A stretch of DNA of 64,000 nucleotides from Oligoflexales bacterium (GCA_947479535.1 CANJZQ010000009.1:5748-69747); one strand, 5' to 3'. Shown: positions 47,129 to 57,121, counted from the first letter of the stretch. Notes: generated by a model not told the origin, from the sequence alone. Numbers and translations are program-made.

Positions 47129-47887
47129 GTGATTGTTCTAAAAAGTGACCAGGAAATTGATGCGATGAAGGCCAGCTGCCAATTGGCGGCGCAGTGCCTG
47201 GTCATGATTGAGCCGCACGTGAAGCCAGGGATTACCACCCTCGAGTTGAACGACCTTTGCCATGAATTCATCACCAGCCATGGAGCCATTGCTGCTCCAC
47301 TGAATTACAAAGGATTTCCGAAGTCTGTCTGCACGTCGGTCAATGAAGTTGTGTGCCATGGCATTCCCAATGCACGTCAAATCCTGAAGGAAGGCGACAT
47401 CATCAACGTGGATGTCACCACAATTTTGAACGAATATCATGGCGATACTTCAAAAACATTTTTGGTCGGAAAAGGCCACAAACCCGTTATTGCCAAGATC
47501 GTAAAGTGTGCCGAAGAGGCCATGTATGCTGGCATTTCTGCGGTTCGCGCCGGCGGACGAATTGGTGATATTGGTGCCGCCATCATGGAGCGCTGTGATC
47601 GGGATGGGTTCAGCGTGGTGAGAGAGTTCGTTGGTCACGGCATTGGCAAAGGATTTCACGAAGATCCGCAGGTTCCGCATTATGGGCTGCGTGGCAAGGG
47701 TGCTCGTTTGGAGCCAGGGATGACCTTTACGATCGAGCCGATGGTCAACGAAGGGCATTGGAAAACCAAGGTCCTTGGTGATGGTTGGACAGCCGTGACG
47801 ATTGATCGGAAGTTGTCGGCACAGTTTGAGCACACGATTGCGATCCGGAGTGATGGCAGTGTCGAAATCCTTACCGTTCCCCGGTAA
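47129..47887 (+). CDS. map: Methionine aminopeptidase type I
   Basis: SVCTSVNEVVCHGIP, DIINVD, HGDTS, GHGIG..FHEDP, FTIEPM, SAQFEHT. Confidence 0.97.
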   Translation: MIVLKSDQEIDAMKASCQLAAQCLVMIEPHVKPGITTLELNDLCHEFITSHGAIAAPLNYKGFPKSVCTSVNEVVCHGIPNARQILKEGDIINVDVTTILNEYHGDTSKTFLVGKGHKPVIAKIVKCAEEAMYAGISAVRAGGRIGDIGAAIMERCDRDGFSVVREFVGHGIGKGFHEDPQVPHYGLRGKGARLEPGMTFTIEPMVNEGHWKTKVLGDGWTAVTIDRKLSAQFEHTIAIRSDGSVEILTVPR

Positions 47888-47893
47888 GGCCGG

Positions 47894-48181
47894 TCATTCC
47901 GGATTGGCAAGAAGGTCCATATAGAGTTCAAGTTCGTCTGCAAAGATCCGGTCTGGATTTTCCATTCTGAATTTCAGGTCTGCAATCCGACCCTCAATAT
48001 CCATCTGCAGAGCCCGAACCTCGGATCCCGCCGCCCCTAATGTAGCCGCCGTTTTTGCTAGATTTGCGAGCATGTGCTCGAGATTCCCAAGGCGGATTTC
48101 ACGCAGCTCGTTGAGCGCGGCAATCGTGTCGGGATGGAAATTTTCCTGAAAAACCAGTTCTGTGGCGTTTGTTCCGGGCAT
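47894..48181 (-). CDS. Hypothetical helical protein
   Basis: Strong GAGGAGGG SD before the ATG at 48181; 95 aa. Confidence 0.65.
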   Translation of the reverse strand: MPGTNATELVFQENFHPDTIAALNELREIRLGNLEHMLANLAKTAATLGAAGSEVRALQMDIEGRIADLKFRMENPDRIFADELELYMDLLANPE

Positions 48182-48471
48182 TCGTAGCCCTCCTCTACCC
48201 TCCCACTTAGCAATCTGTTGGCCAAGAGCGGGGGCTTTGTAAATTAAAAAACACACAATAAAAACTGGGTGTTGGCCTCAATTTTGGCCGCGTTTAAGAA
48301 TCTGTTGGAGGGCAAGGTTCCGGCACGTGTCAATCCGTTGGGCAGTCGACGATGAATTTATAAAATTTGAGATCGATCTTTACGCTGGCTTAACCATTCA
48401 AGGCTAAGCTTGCACCGAGCCAAAAGCTTTGAAATAAGCGACCCAATTCAACTGGGTGTCCGGAGGTTTCT

Positions 48472-49305
48472 GTGCTTTCACAAAGAATCATTCAGACTAT
48501 GCCCGCACTTCGTCGTGCGCCGTCTTTTAAAGCTGCTGAGAAGGGCGGTAAATTAATCCCTCTCGTTGAGTTTTCGCGCGGCGATTTTTTAGTAAAAACC
48601 GTTAGATCCAAGCGCGACCTGCGTCAGGTACAAAGCCTGCGCTACGACGTTTTCCACCGTGAGTACAAGCAGAGGAAGTTCCCATTCGGTTTGGACTTGG
48701 ACCGCTTCGACGCTTGGAGCGACCATCTCGTGATCATGGATCAGCGTACGGGATGTTTTGTGGGTACCTACCGCCTCCTTTTGGAGGGGCGCGCTCCGTA
48801 TTTTTATTCTGAGACGGAATTTGACATGAGCCCGCTCAAGGCAATTTCTGGCCGAAAACTGGAGCTTTCACGGGCCTGTATTCACAAAGATTATCGCAAC
48901 GGAGTTGTGATCGGCCTTTTATGGCGCGGCTTGGTCCAATATGTCCAGGCCAGTGGCGCCGATTATCTATTTGGAATGAGCAGCTTCAAGTCGACGAATC
49001 CAGCAGAAATCGCTCTTCTTTATCAACAATTGCGTGCAGAGGGATCTGTTGATGAAAGCCTGCCTTGTATCCCGGTTGGCGATTACAAGATCCCTGGCTT
49101 TCACGGCCATTTGCAGAATTCAGCGAATCCGGATGTTCCTGCGTCAGACTTGGTTCCGCCATTGTTGAAGTCGTACCTTCGCGCGGGAGCCAAGGTCATT
49201 GGTGAGCCGGCACTGGATGAAGACTTCAGGTGCGCAGATTTTTTGACGCTTCTTGATATGAAAAACTTGGGCAAGGCCTACGAGAGAAAGTTCAAACTTT
49301 GCTGA
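48472..49305 (+). CDS. GNAT family N-acyltransferase (OlsB-like)
   Basis: QSLRYDVF..E, DRFD..SDHL, VGTYRL, FYSETEF, LELSRACIHKDYR.G..I.LLW, PPLLKSYLRAGAK..GEPA.D.DF. Confidence 0.85.
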   Translation: MLSQRIIQTMPALRRAPSFKAAEKGGKLIPLVEFSRGDFLVKTVRSKRDLRQVQSLRYDVFHREYKQRKFPFGLDLDRFDAWSDHLVIMDQRTGCFVGTYRLLLEGRAPYFYSETEFDMSPLKAISGRKLELSRACIHKDYRNGVVIGLLWRGLVQYVQASGADYLFGMSSFKSTNPAEIALLYQQLRAEGSVDESLPCIPVGDYKIPGFHGHLQNSANPDVPASDLVPPLLKSYLRAGAKVIGEPALDEDFRCADFLTLLDMKNLGKAYERKFKLC

Positions 49306-50087
49306 TTGGTTATATTCGTTTCGTCACTTTGTTTTTTTTCATCGGGGTGTTTGTTGCTGGCGCCATCTGCCTGCGCCTGCTCTTCGGTGACACCTTGCGT
49401 GCCCGGCGGATAGCGGCTCAATGGCTTCACTTGATGTGCAGAATTGGCCTCAAAACCCTGGGAGTCAAGGTCGAGCAAATCGATGCAACTGCCGGAAAAT
49501 CCACCGGAATGGGCGATGGTGAAGGCCATTTAATCGTGGCCAATCATTTATCGTACCTCGACATTCTGGTTGTCGCCTCGCTTCGGCCAATGCTTTTTGT
49601 GACATCGAATGAGATCCGCGATTCTGGTTTCCTGGGTTATTTGGCCAAGGCCGGCGGTTGTCACTTTGTCGAGCGCCGCAATCGCGATCAGATCCAACGT
49701 GAAGTGGCTGAGATTGCCGGATCGTTATCCCAAGGCTTGAGTGTCGTCGTATTCCCGGAGGCAACGTCAACCAACGGTGCCCAGGTTTTGCCATTCAAGG
49801 TTGCGCTCATGGATGCCGCGATCGTATCGGGCCGCCCGCTCCAACCACTCTGTTTGAACTACCGGGAAATTGCAGGTCAGCCGGTTGGGATCTCAAACCG
49901 TGATGAAATTTGCTGGTACGGCGATATGACCTTTCTCGACCACATCATCAATGTAGCCCGTCGCGGCAATATCGTGGTGGCAGTCACCAAACTCAATGAA
50001 GTTGGTGTAAGGCCTGAATCTGACAGGAAAAGTTTAGCGTCAGAGGCCTACACCCAGATCGTCGGACATTACGTCCAAATCGTTTGA
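49299..50087 (+). CDS. PlsC-family lysophospholipid acyltransferase (OlsA-like)
   Basis: NHLSYLD, FVER, FPEATSTNG. Confidence 0.9.
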   Translation: MLIGYIRFVTLFFFIGVFVAGAICLRLLFGDTLRARRIAAQWLHLMCRIGLKTLGVKVEQIDATAGKSTGMGDGEGHLIVANHLSYLDILVVASLRPMLFVTSNEIRDSGFLGYLAKAGGCHFVERRNRDQIQREVAEIAGSLSQGLSVVVFPEATSTNGAQVLPFKVALMDAAIVSGRPLQPLCLNYREIAGQPVGISNRDEICWYGDMTFLDHIINVARRGNIVVAVTKLNEVGVRPESDRKSLASEAYTQIVGHYVQIV

Positions 50088-50153
50088 CCGGTTTGCCTGG
50101 GTTACAGGTTTCTCCATTTTTTCCGAAGGCCCAGGTATGACCGAGGGTTTTAA

Positions 50154-51233
50154 ATGGATCTCGTGCACCTTTCCAGAAATGTGCCTGAATTGATCGAAAT
50201 CGATCGCCTTGCGGGGGATTTGCCCCGTGGGATGCGCGTGCGCGTTTTGGATTCGATCATCCACCACGGCGTCGAATTGCCAATCCATTGTTTCGAGGCA
50301 GGACCTGACGATCCTGAGACCCCGGTCTTCCTTTTGACGGGGGGAGTCCATGGCCTCGAACGCATCGGAACCCATGTCGTTATTGCTTATATGAAGACGC
50401 TGTTTAGCCACATGGCGTGGGATGAGGCCCAACATGACCATTTCAAGAAGGCCAGGTTGATCATTGTGCCGCTGGTTAATCCGGCGGGAATGCTCCTCCG
50501 GAGTCGTTCGAATGGTCGTGGCGTTGACCTGATGCGAAATGCCCCTGTTGAGGCCGTCCATAATTCTTGGGTTCCCTTCGTGGGCGGTCACAGGCTCGGG
50601 CCGTTCATGGCATGGTACCGCGGGGCTGGAGCTGACGAAGGCGCCATGGAGAAGGAATCTCAAGCCTTGGAGGAACTTGTCCGGAGCAAGCTATTTCCAG
50701 CCAAGGCGGCCATCTCATTGGACGTGCACTCTGGATTTGGAACCGTAGACCGTCTTTGGTTCCCTTACGCGAAATCAAGGGATCCATTTCCCTCTCTGGC
50801 CGAAGTTTATCGCTTGAACGCGCTGCTGGACCGTTCTTATCCAAACCATATTTATAAAGTGGAACCCCAGTCGCTTAACTACACAACTCACGGAGATCTC
50901 TGGGATTATTTTTATGATCAGCATCACGCCTCCAATTCCCACGGGGGGGCCTACCTACCCCTTGCCCTGGAATTGGGATCGTGGCTATGGGTCAAAAAAA
51001 ATCCCCTTCAGATCTTTTCCCTTCTTGGGGCCTTCAATCCGATCATCCGTCATCGCTACCAGAGGATCCTCCGTCGCCATCTCGCGCTGCTGGACTTCAT
51101 GACCAGGGCGGCAGCAAGCCACGGGATCTGGAGTAAGCTTTCCGAGGCAGAGCGCAAAGAAATCAACGAGAAAGCCCACGACAGGTGGTATTCAGAATTC
51201 GAAGGGGCCCTTCCTTCGTTCGCCGCAAAATAA
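50154..51233 (+). CDS. M14 zinc carboxypeptidase (DUF2817-like)
   Basis: GGVHGLE, PLVNP.G, NGRGVDLMRN, LDVHSG, LELG. Confidence 0.88.
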   Translation: MDLVHLSRNVPELIEIDRLAGDLPRGMRVRVLDSIIHHGVELPIHCFEAGPDDPETPVFLLTGGVHGLERIGTHVVIAYMKTLFSHMAWDEAQHDHFKKARLIIVPLVNPAGMLLRSRSNGRGVDLMRNAPVEAVHNSWVPFVGGHRLGPFMAWYRGAGADEGAMEKESQALEELVRSKLFPAKAAISLDVHSGFGTVDRLWFPYAKSRDPFPSLAEVYRLNALLDRSYPNHIYKVEPQSLNYTTHGDLWDYFYDQHHASNSHGGAYLPLALELGSWLWVKKNPLQIFSLLGAFNPIIRHRYQRILRRHLALLDFMTRAAASHGIWSKLSEAERKEINEKAHDRWYSEFEGALPSFAAK

Positions 51234-51248
51234 ATTCCCTCATTTTGC

Positions 51249-51278
51249 TTGACAGGTTCAGCCATCAAAGTTTAGAAC
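51249..51278 (+). promoter_or_regulatory. Sigma-70 promoter of the S10 operon
   Basis: Perfect -35 TTGACA (51249-51254), then N18, then TAGAAC. Confidence 0.6.
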
Positions 51279-51288
51279 CTCGCGACTC

Positions 51289-51409
51289 GGGTAAGCCTGC
51301 CTAACAGCAAGCCAATGCCGTCGATCAGAGAGAACCTCTGCGAATATCGGTGACCACAAAGGTCACAAATCTCCGCAAAAGACCCCTCCGGCCGTGGCTC
51401 GACTTACCC
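51289..51409 (+). promoter_or_regulatory. Structured 5' leader of rpsJ (candidate cis-regulatory RNA)
   Basis: Nested stems GGGTAAG/CTTACCC, AGCCA/TGGCT, GCCG/CGGC, CGAT/ATCG, CAGAG/CTCTG, GTGACC/GGTCAC. Confidence 0.55.
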
Positions 51410-51464
51410 AAGCAAGTTGTTTCAGAAATGTAAACGAACAACGAATGCAGTAGGTTGCAAGAGC

Positions 51465-51776
51465 ATGCAAAGTCAAAAAATCAGAATCCGTTTGAGAGGT
51501 TACGACTACCGTCTGCTGGACCAAGCCGCCGCAGATATCGTCGAACGTGCCAAGCGCACCGGTGCCCGCGTCGCAGGCCCGATCCCACTACCGACCGCGA
51601 TCAACCGCTACACGGTTCTTCGTAGTCCCCATGTCGACAAGAAGTCTCGTGAGCAGTTCGAAGTGCGCACGCACAAGCGTGTCCTCGATATCCTCGAGCC
51701 CAAGCAACAAACCATCGACGCGCTCATGAAGCTCGACCTTGCATCCGGTGTGGATGTCGAGATCAAGTTGTACTGA
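51465..51776 (+). CDS. rpsJ: 30S ribosomal protein uS10
   Basis: [31 protein letters not shown]. Confidence 0.99.
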   Translation: MQSQKIRIRLRGYDYRLLDQAAADIVERAKRTGARVAGPIPLPTAINRYTVLRSPHVDKKSREQFEVRTHKRVLDILEPKQQTIDALMKLDLASGVDVEIKLY

Positions 51777-51853
51777 ATGAGCCTCCGTCCATAGATCAGT
51801 CACTGAGAATCCTCGAAAGACTCCAGTCACGAACTGAATAGCAGGTTGCGAGA

Positions 51854-52492
51854 ATGAATGTGAAAGCTTTGGTAGCAAAAAAAATCGGAATGACGCGGAT
51901 GATGAATCCCGAAGGCCAAATGGTCGCGGTAACACTCCTCCAAATCGAAGAGCAAAAAATCACCAAGATCCTTACGACGGATCGCGATGGTTACAGTGCG
52001 GTTCAGGTCGGATACTTCACGAAACGTGACACCCGCTTGACCAAAGCTGACCACGCCCGCCTTCGTAAAGTAAACGTGGCTGAGAACTTTGCCCGGTTCA
52101 AAGAGTTTCGCTCTGTGAAGCCCGTTGAAGGGGTCGAAGCAGGCGCAGTATTGACGGCCGCACTCCTCGACGGCGTGAAAGCCGTTGACGTCACCGGCTT
52201 CACCAAGGGTCGCGGATTTACCGGTTCAGTCAAGCGTTGGAACGTTGCCTGCGGTCGTATGACCCACGGCTCTCGCTTTCACCGTCGTCCTGGTTCCCTC
52301 GGAACCCGCACAACGCCGGGCCGGGTATTCAAAGGCAAGCCCCAGCCGGGTCAATATGGTGATGAGCAGCGTACGATTCAGAATCTTCGGCTTCTGGATG
52401 TTGATACAAAAAACAATGTGATCGCGGTTTACGGTTCCGTCCCGGGTCATCAGAACAATTATCTGTTCGTTAAGCCTTCGATAAAGGCCTAG
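51854..52492 (+). CDS. rplC: 50S ribosomal protein uL3
   Basis: KKIGMTR, DGYSAVQ, KGRGF.G, THGS, GSVPG; operon position. Confidence 0.98.
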   Translation: MNVKALVAKKIGMTRMMNPEGQMVAVTLLQIEEQKITKILTTDRDGYSAVQVGYFTKRDTRLTKADHARLRKVNVAENFARFKEFRSVKPVEGVEAGAVLTAALLDGVKAVDVTGFTKGRGFTGSVKRWNVACGRMTHGSRFHRRPGSLGTRTTPGRVFKGKPQPGQYGDEQRTIQNLRLLDVDTKNNVIAVYGSVPGHQNNYLFVKPSIKA

Positions 52493-52503
52493 AGGTACAG
52501 ACC

Positions 52504-53142
52504 ATGGAAATTCAAATCAAAGACATCAAGGGCAAGGCTGTAAAGTCAGTTAAGTTGCCTGAAGCTATCTACGGCGTTCCAATGAACGAGCACGTACTTC
52601 ACCTTGTGGTTAAGAGCTACCAGGCGGCACGCCGCCAGGGTACGCACTGCACAAAGACAAGGGCTTACGTATCCGGCGGTGGCAAAAAGCCGTTCAAGCA
52701 AAAGGGTACGGGTGGAGCCCGTCAGGGTACCAGTCGTTCGCCTCTTATGCCGGGTGGAGCAGTGGTCTTCGGTCCACGCCCGCGTGATTACCGTGAAAAG
52801 ACCAACCAGAAGCTGCGCCAATTGGCACTGAGGGTGGCTCTGTCGGATAAGGTTCGTCACGGAAAGCTTGTCGTGGTCAATGACTTTGCCCTCAGCAAGT
52901 ACAGCACGAAGCATCTCCTTGGTGCGTTAAGCGCTTTGGGTGTTGCCAAGGCCTTGTTTTCGGATGAGCGCAAGGACGATCTCCTCTACAAATCAGCGCG
53001 CAACATCCACGGTGCAACATCTGTTGCGCCTGCGGAAATGAACGCCGAGCACGTGCTTCGCTACGAGTCGCTCGTGATTAGTGAAACCGCTCTCAACTCG
53101 CTTCACCAGCGTTTCGAGGAGAACCACAGTGAATCTGTATAA
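52504..53142 (+). CDS. rplD: 50S ribosomal protein uL4
   Basis: RQGT..TKTR..VSGGGKKP.KQKGTG.ARQG, GGAVVFGPRPR. Confidence 0.98.
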   Translation: MEIQIKDIKGKAVKSVKLPEAIYGVPMNEHVLHLVVKSYQAARRQGTHCTKTRAYVSGGGKKPFKQKGTGGARQGTSRSPLMPGGAVVFGPRPRDYREKTNQKLRQLALRVALSDKVRHGKLVVVNDFALSKYSTKHLLGALSALGVAKALFSDERKDDLLYKSARNIHGATSVAPAEMNAEHVLRYESLVISETALNSLHQRFEENHSESV

Positions 53143-53416
53143 CGTTTTGGTCAGGCCTGTTCTCTCTGAGAAGAGCAATGACGCACGCGAGCATGGTGGA
53201 AAGTACACTTTCGAAGTGGCCATGAAATCGACCAAAGAAGATGTTCAGCGCGCTATCGAAAAGATATACGACGTTAAGGTTGCCGGGGTTCAGACCATGG
53301 TAACGCGCGGTAAGATTCGTCGTCGTGGTCTGCACCTTTCTCTTGAGAGTAAGTGCAAGAAGGCCATTGTGACCCTGGCGGCAGGAGCCAAGCTCCCACT
53401 GTTTGAAGAGCAGTAA
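53129..53416 (+). CDS. rplW: 50S ribosomal protein uL23
   Basis: RPVLSEKS, YTFEV, KKAIVTL. GTG start after GAGGAG. Confidence 0.97.
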   Translation: MNLYNVLVRPVLSEKSNDAREHGGKYTFEVAMKSTKEDVQRAIEKIYDVKVAGVQTMVTRGKIRRRGLHLSLESKCKKAIVTLAAGAKLPLFEEQ

Positions 53417-53465
53417 TCGTTGAAACGATGTTCCGCGCAGGCGGAATGAAGAGGGAAGAATAGTT

Positions 53466-54293
53466 ATGGCAGTCAAAATCCTCAAGCCAACGACCCCAGG
53501 ACGCCGCGGCGCCTCAGTTGTTGACTACAGCTCAATCGATAAGGTTGAGCCGTGCGCGTCCCTACTGGTCGCATTGAAGAAGCACTCTGGCCGCAACAAC
53601 ACGGGCCGGATCATGGTTCGCCACCAAGGTGGTGGCGTTCGCCGGCACTACCGGATCATCGACTGGCGTCGTGACAAGCGCGGTATCCCGGGCAAGGTCG
53701 AGTACATCGAATACGATCCAAACCGTACGGCGTTCATTGCCCGTGTGGTTTACTCTGACGGCGAGCGTCGTTACATTCTGGCGCCTGAAGGTCTAAAAAA
53801 AGGTGCGAGTGTTGTTTCCGACGAAACGGCCGACGTTAAGGTTGGAAACGCGATGCCATTGCGTTCCATTCCACTTGGTACTTTCGTTCACAACATCGAA
53901 ATGCGTCCCGGTAAGGGTGGCCAGATGGCGCGCAGTGCCGGCACGTATGCTCAGCTGATCGGTCGTCTTGATGGCTATGCCCAGCTCCGCATGCCGAGTG
54001 GTGAAATGCGCCGGATTAACGATAGCTGCTTCGCTGTAATCGGCCAGGTCAGCAATCCAGATAACTTCAACGTTACGATCGGAAAAGCCGGCCGGAGTCG
54101 TTGGATGGGTATTCGCCCGACCGTTCGCGGTATGACGATGAACCCATGCGATCACCCCCACGGTGGTGGTGAGGGTCGTGCAAAGGGTGGCCGTCACCCG
54201 GTGAGCCCATGGGCGCAGCCGGCTAAGGGTTACAAGACACGTAAGAACAAGCGGACCGCGAAAGATATTATTCGCGATCGTCGTCAAAAATAG
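53466..54293 (+). CDS. rplB: 50S ribosomal protein uL2
   Basis: [32 protein letters not shown]. Confidence 0.99.
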   Translation: MAVKILKPTTPGRRGASVVDYSSIDKVEPCASLLVALKKHSGRNNTGRIMVRHQGGGVRRHYRIIDWRRDKRGIPGKVEYIEYDPNRTAFIARVVYSDGERRYILAPEGLKKGASVVSDETADVKVGNAMPLRSIPLGTFVHNIEMRPGKGGQMARSAGTYAQLIGRLDGYAQLRMPSGEMRRINDSCFAVIGQVSNPDNFNVTIGKAGRSRWMGIRPTVRGMTMNPCDHPHGGGEGRAKGGRHPVSPWAQPAKGYKTRKNKRTAKDIIRDRRQK

Positions 54294-54316
54294 TTGAACG
54301 AATAGGAGAATGCCAG

Positions 54317-54601
54317 ATGGCGCGTTCAATTAAAAAAGGTCCTTTTGTTGACGCATTCCTCTTCGGCAAAGCCGAGAAGGCGCGTCAAGACCGTAAACCG
54401 ATAAAGACGTGGAGCCGTCGCTCCACGATCCTGCCTGACTTTGTCGGGCTGACGTTTGCGGTGCACAATGGCAACAAGTTTATTCCAGTTTTCGTCACCG
54501 AGAACATGGTTGGTCACAAGCTGGGTGAATTTTCCCAGACTCGGACCTTCCACGGCCACGGCAGTGAGAAAAAAGGCGCCAAGCCCGGCGCAGGCGCATA
54601 A
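54317..54601 (+). CDS. rpsS: 30S ribosomal protein uS19
   Basis: [25 protein letters not shown]. Confidence 0.99.
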   Translation: MARSIKKGPFVDAFLFGKAEKARQDRKPIKTWSRRSTILPDFVGLTFAVHNGNKFIPVFVTENMVGHKLGEFSQTRTFHGHGSEKKGAKPGAGA

Positions 54602-54613
54602 GGTTGACAGGAC

Positions 54614-54952
54614 ATGTCTGAACAATACAAAGCAGTTCTGAGAAACGTTCGCATTGCTCCACGGAAGGTTCGGCTCGTGGCCGACCTGGTGCGTGGCAAG
54701 CAAGTCCAAGATGCCTTGGATCTTCTTAAGGTAACGACCAAGCGGTCGGCTCCGGTGGTGTCAGGACTTCTGACATCAGCGATCGCCAACGCGACGTCGA
54801 AAGCAACAGTGGATGTCGATCGGTTGGTCATTAGTGAGCTGATGGTGGACGGCGGATCTGTGTTGAAGCGCTTCATGCCTCGCGCTCAGGGTCGTGCTAC
54901 CCCGATTCGCAAGCGCACGTCGCACATCACTATGAAGCTCAAAGAAATCTAA
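54614..54952 (+). CDS. rplV: 50S ribosomal protein uL22
   Basis: [38 protein letters not shown]. Confidence 0.99.
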   Translation: MSEQYKAVLRNVRIAPRKVRLVADLVRGKQVQDALDLLKVTTKRSAPVVSGLLTSAIANATSKATVDVDRLVISELMVDGGSVLKRFMPRAQGRATPIRKRTSHITMKLKEI

Positions 54953-54967
54953 AGGAAGGATTACTTC

Positions 54968-55630
54968 GTGGGACAGAAAGTACACCCAATCGGTTTCCGT
55001 CTCGGTGTGATCAAGGGCTGGAGCTCGCGCTGGTACTCAAAAAATGAGTACGCCAAGTTCCTCCAGGAAGACATCCGGATCCGTGGATACATCGAAAAGA
55101 AATTCAAGGCAGCTGGCGTTGCAACGGTCGAAATCGAGCGTGCCGCTAAAAACCTGAAGATCAACATCCACAGCAGCCGCCCGGGCATCATCATCGGGAA
55201 AAAAGGCGCTGGAGCAGAAACACTGAAGGACGAGCTTGTCCGCCACTGCAAGATTACCTCTGGCGAGCCAACCCTGAATGTTTTTGAAGTTAAAAAGCCA
55301 GACATGGATGCCAAGCTGGTGGCTGAAAGCATCCGTGAGCAACTCGAGCGCCGGGTTTCGTTTCGTCGCGCCATGAAGAAGTCCATTGGACAGACCATGA
55401 AGGCTGGGGCGAAGGGCATCAAGGTTCAGTTGTGCGGTCGCCTTGGCGGCGCCGACATGTCGAGGATGGAGCGTTACATGGAAGGCCGTGTTCCGCTGCA
55501 CACCCTGCGCGCAGATATTGATTACGGAACGGCGGAAGCCATGACGACCTTTGGTCTGATCGGCGTGAAAATTTGGATTTTCAAAGGGGAAATTCTCTCC
55601 CGCGATGAATCTAGCAGCAAGCAGAACTAA
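54968..55630 (+). CDS. rpsC: 30S ribosomal protein uS3
   Basis: [37 protein letters not shown]. Confidence 0.99.
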   Translation: MGQKVHPIGFRLGVIKGWSSRWYSKNEYAKFLQEDIRIRGYIEKKFKAAGVATVEIERAAKNLKINIHSSRPGIIIGKKGAGAETLKDELVRHCKITSGEPTLNVFEVKKPDMDAKLVAESIREQLERRVSFRRAMKKSIGQTMKAGAKGIKVQLCGRLGGADMSRMERYMEGRVPLHTLRADIDYGTAEAMTTFGLIGVKIWIFKGEILSRDESSSKQN

Positions 55631-55663
55631 CACCTGCAGAGACCGACGAGCGAGGACTGAGAC

Positions 55664-56086
55664 ATGCTGGCTCCAAAGAGAATGAAATACCGGAAGGCCC
55701 ACAAGGGCCGGGTCAAAGGCAAAGCCAAGGCCGGCACTGAGCTGACCAAGGGTGAATTTGGCCTGATGGCTATGGAAAGCGGAAAGATAACGGCGCGCCA
55801 GATCGAAGCGGCCCGTATCGCGATGACCCGCCACTGTAAAAGGGGCGGTTTTGTCTGGATTAAGATCTTCCCAGCCAAGCCAATTACCAAGAAACCTGCC
55901 GAAACCCGTATGGGTAGCGGAAAAGGTGGTGTTGAGTACTACGTTGCGGTTGTAAAACCGGGCAGAATCCTTTATGAGATGCAGGGCGTTGACAAAGCAG
56001 TTGCTGAAGAGGCTCTGACACTCGCTGCTTCCAAGCTCCCGATTAAAACCAAACTAATCCTCCGGTCAGAAGACCCTTGGGCATAA
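55664..56086 (+). CDS. rplP: 50S ribosomal protein uL16
   Basis: [28 protein letters not shown]. Confidence 0.99.
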   Translation: MLAPKRMKYRKAHKGRVKGKAKAGTELTKGEFGLMAMESGKITARQIEAARIAMTRHCKRGGFVWIKIFPAKPITKKPAETRMGSGKGGVEYYVAVVKPGRILYEMQGVDKAVAEEALTLAASKLPIKTKLILRSEDPWA

Positions 56087-56095
56087 GGTTAAGTC

Positions 56096-56317
56096 ATGGA
56101 TTTGCATAAATTAAAATCTGAGGAAATTCGCGGGTTTGACTCTGCACGGTCTGTTGAGTTGGAGCGCCAGGTTCGCCGCGCGCTGCACGATGCCCGTATG
56201 GATATATACAACCCAGCAGCGCGAGCTGGCGGCCGAATTAAGGGACTGAAACGGACATTGGCTCGTTTGTTGACCCTCAGGACCCCGTCGGCCAACCTGG
56301 CATCCAAGCGTAAGTAA
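56096..56317 (+). CDS. rpmC: 50S ribosomal protein uL29 (divergent)
   Basis: Position between rplP and rpsQ; 73 aa; K.EEIR and IK..KR.LARLLT. Confidence 0.85.
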   Translation: MDLHKLKSEEIRGFDSARSVELERQVRRALHDARMDIYNPAARAGGRIKGLKRTLARLLTLRTPSANLASKRK

Positions 56318-56353
56318 TTGTTTTAGCAACGTTCTTAGTAGAGAGAGCGAACT

Positions 56354-56629
56354 GTGAGTGAAGAAAATAAAATTCAAGACAGCGTAGGCCGCACAATCCG
56401 GTGCACCGTCACCAGCGACAAGATGGAAAAGTCTCGCGTTGCAGTGGTTGAGCGCCTGGTTAAGCACCCGATGTTTGGTAAGTACATTCGTCAGCGTACG
56501 AAGCTGATGTTTCACGACGCCAGCAACGTGACCCGGACTGGGGATGAAGTTCTCGTTCGGCAGACGCGCCCCCTAAGTGCACGTAAGAAGTTTGAATTGG
56601 TCAAAGTTGTCCGGGAAGCCCGTCGCTAA
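56354..56629 (+). CDS. rpsQ: 30S ribosomal protein uS17
   Basis: VTSDKMEK, KHPMFGK, HD, GD.V....RPLS..K. Confidence 0.98.
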   Translation: MSEENKIQDSVGRTIRCTVTSDKMEKSRVAVVERLVKHPMFGKYIRQRTKLMFHDASNVTRTGDEVLVRQTRPLSARKKFELVKVVREARR

Positions 56630-56668
56630 GCGGCCAAAACCGTAAGTCGTTGTGATACAGGTGATTTC

Positions 56669-57040
56669 ATGATCCAGATGGAAACAGTACTGAAAAGTGG
56701 TGACAACTCAGGTGCCAAGCGCCTGAAGTGTTTCAAGGTTCTCGGCGGAAGCCGCAAGCGCTTTGCAACCGTCGGAGACATCATCGTCGTCTCGATCAAG
56801 GAAGCCTTGCCAAACAGCAAGGTGGAAAAAGGAACCGTCCACAAGGCGGTTGTGGTCCGCACTGCAAAGGAAATCAAGCGTGCTGATGGGACGACCATCC
56901 GCTTCGATGAAAATGCAGCAGTGTTGATCAAGGGGAAAGAAAACGAACCAGTCGGTACCCGTATCTTCGGACCGGTGGCGCGTGAGGTGAGGCAGAAGGG
57001 CTTCTCTCGCATCGCATCACTGGCTCCGGAAGTTCTGTAA
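56669..57040 (+). CDS. rplN: 50S ribosomal protein uL14
   Basis: [38 protein letters not shown]. Confidence 0.99.
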   Translation: MIQMETVLKSGDNSGAKRLKCFKVLGGSRKRFATVGDIIVVSIKEALPNSKVEKGTVHKAVVVRTAKEIKRADGTTIRFDENAAVLIKGKENEPVGTRIFGPVAREVRQKGFSRIASLAPEVL

Positions 57041-57121
57041 GCATCACCCCACAAGGTGACGCCTGGCAGGCCTCCGGAAGGGAAGGAAGCGGGTCCATTA
57101 TGAAGGAAAAGAGAAAGTAGA

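Noticed and set aside
57061-57096. CAGGCCTCCGGAAGGGAAGGAAGC resembles the SRP RNA helix-8 motif (CAGG-UCC-GGAA-GGA-AGCA)
   Set aside because: The spacing differs, the AGCA internal-loop strand is absent, and there is no long closing helix. Better treated as an intra-operon hairpin unless cmscan says otherwise.
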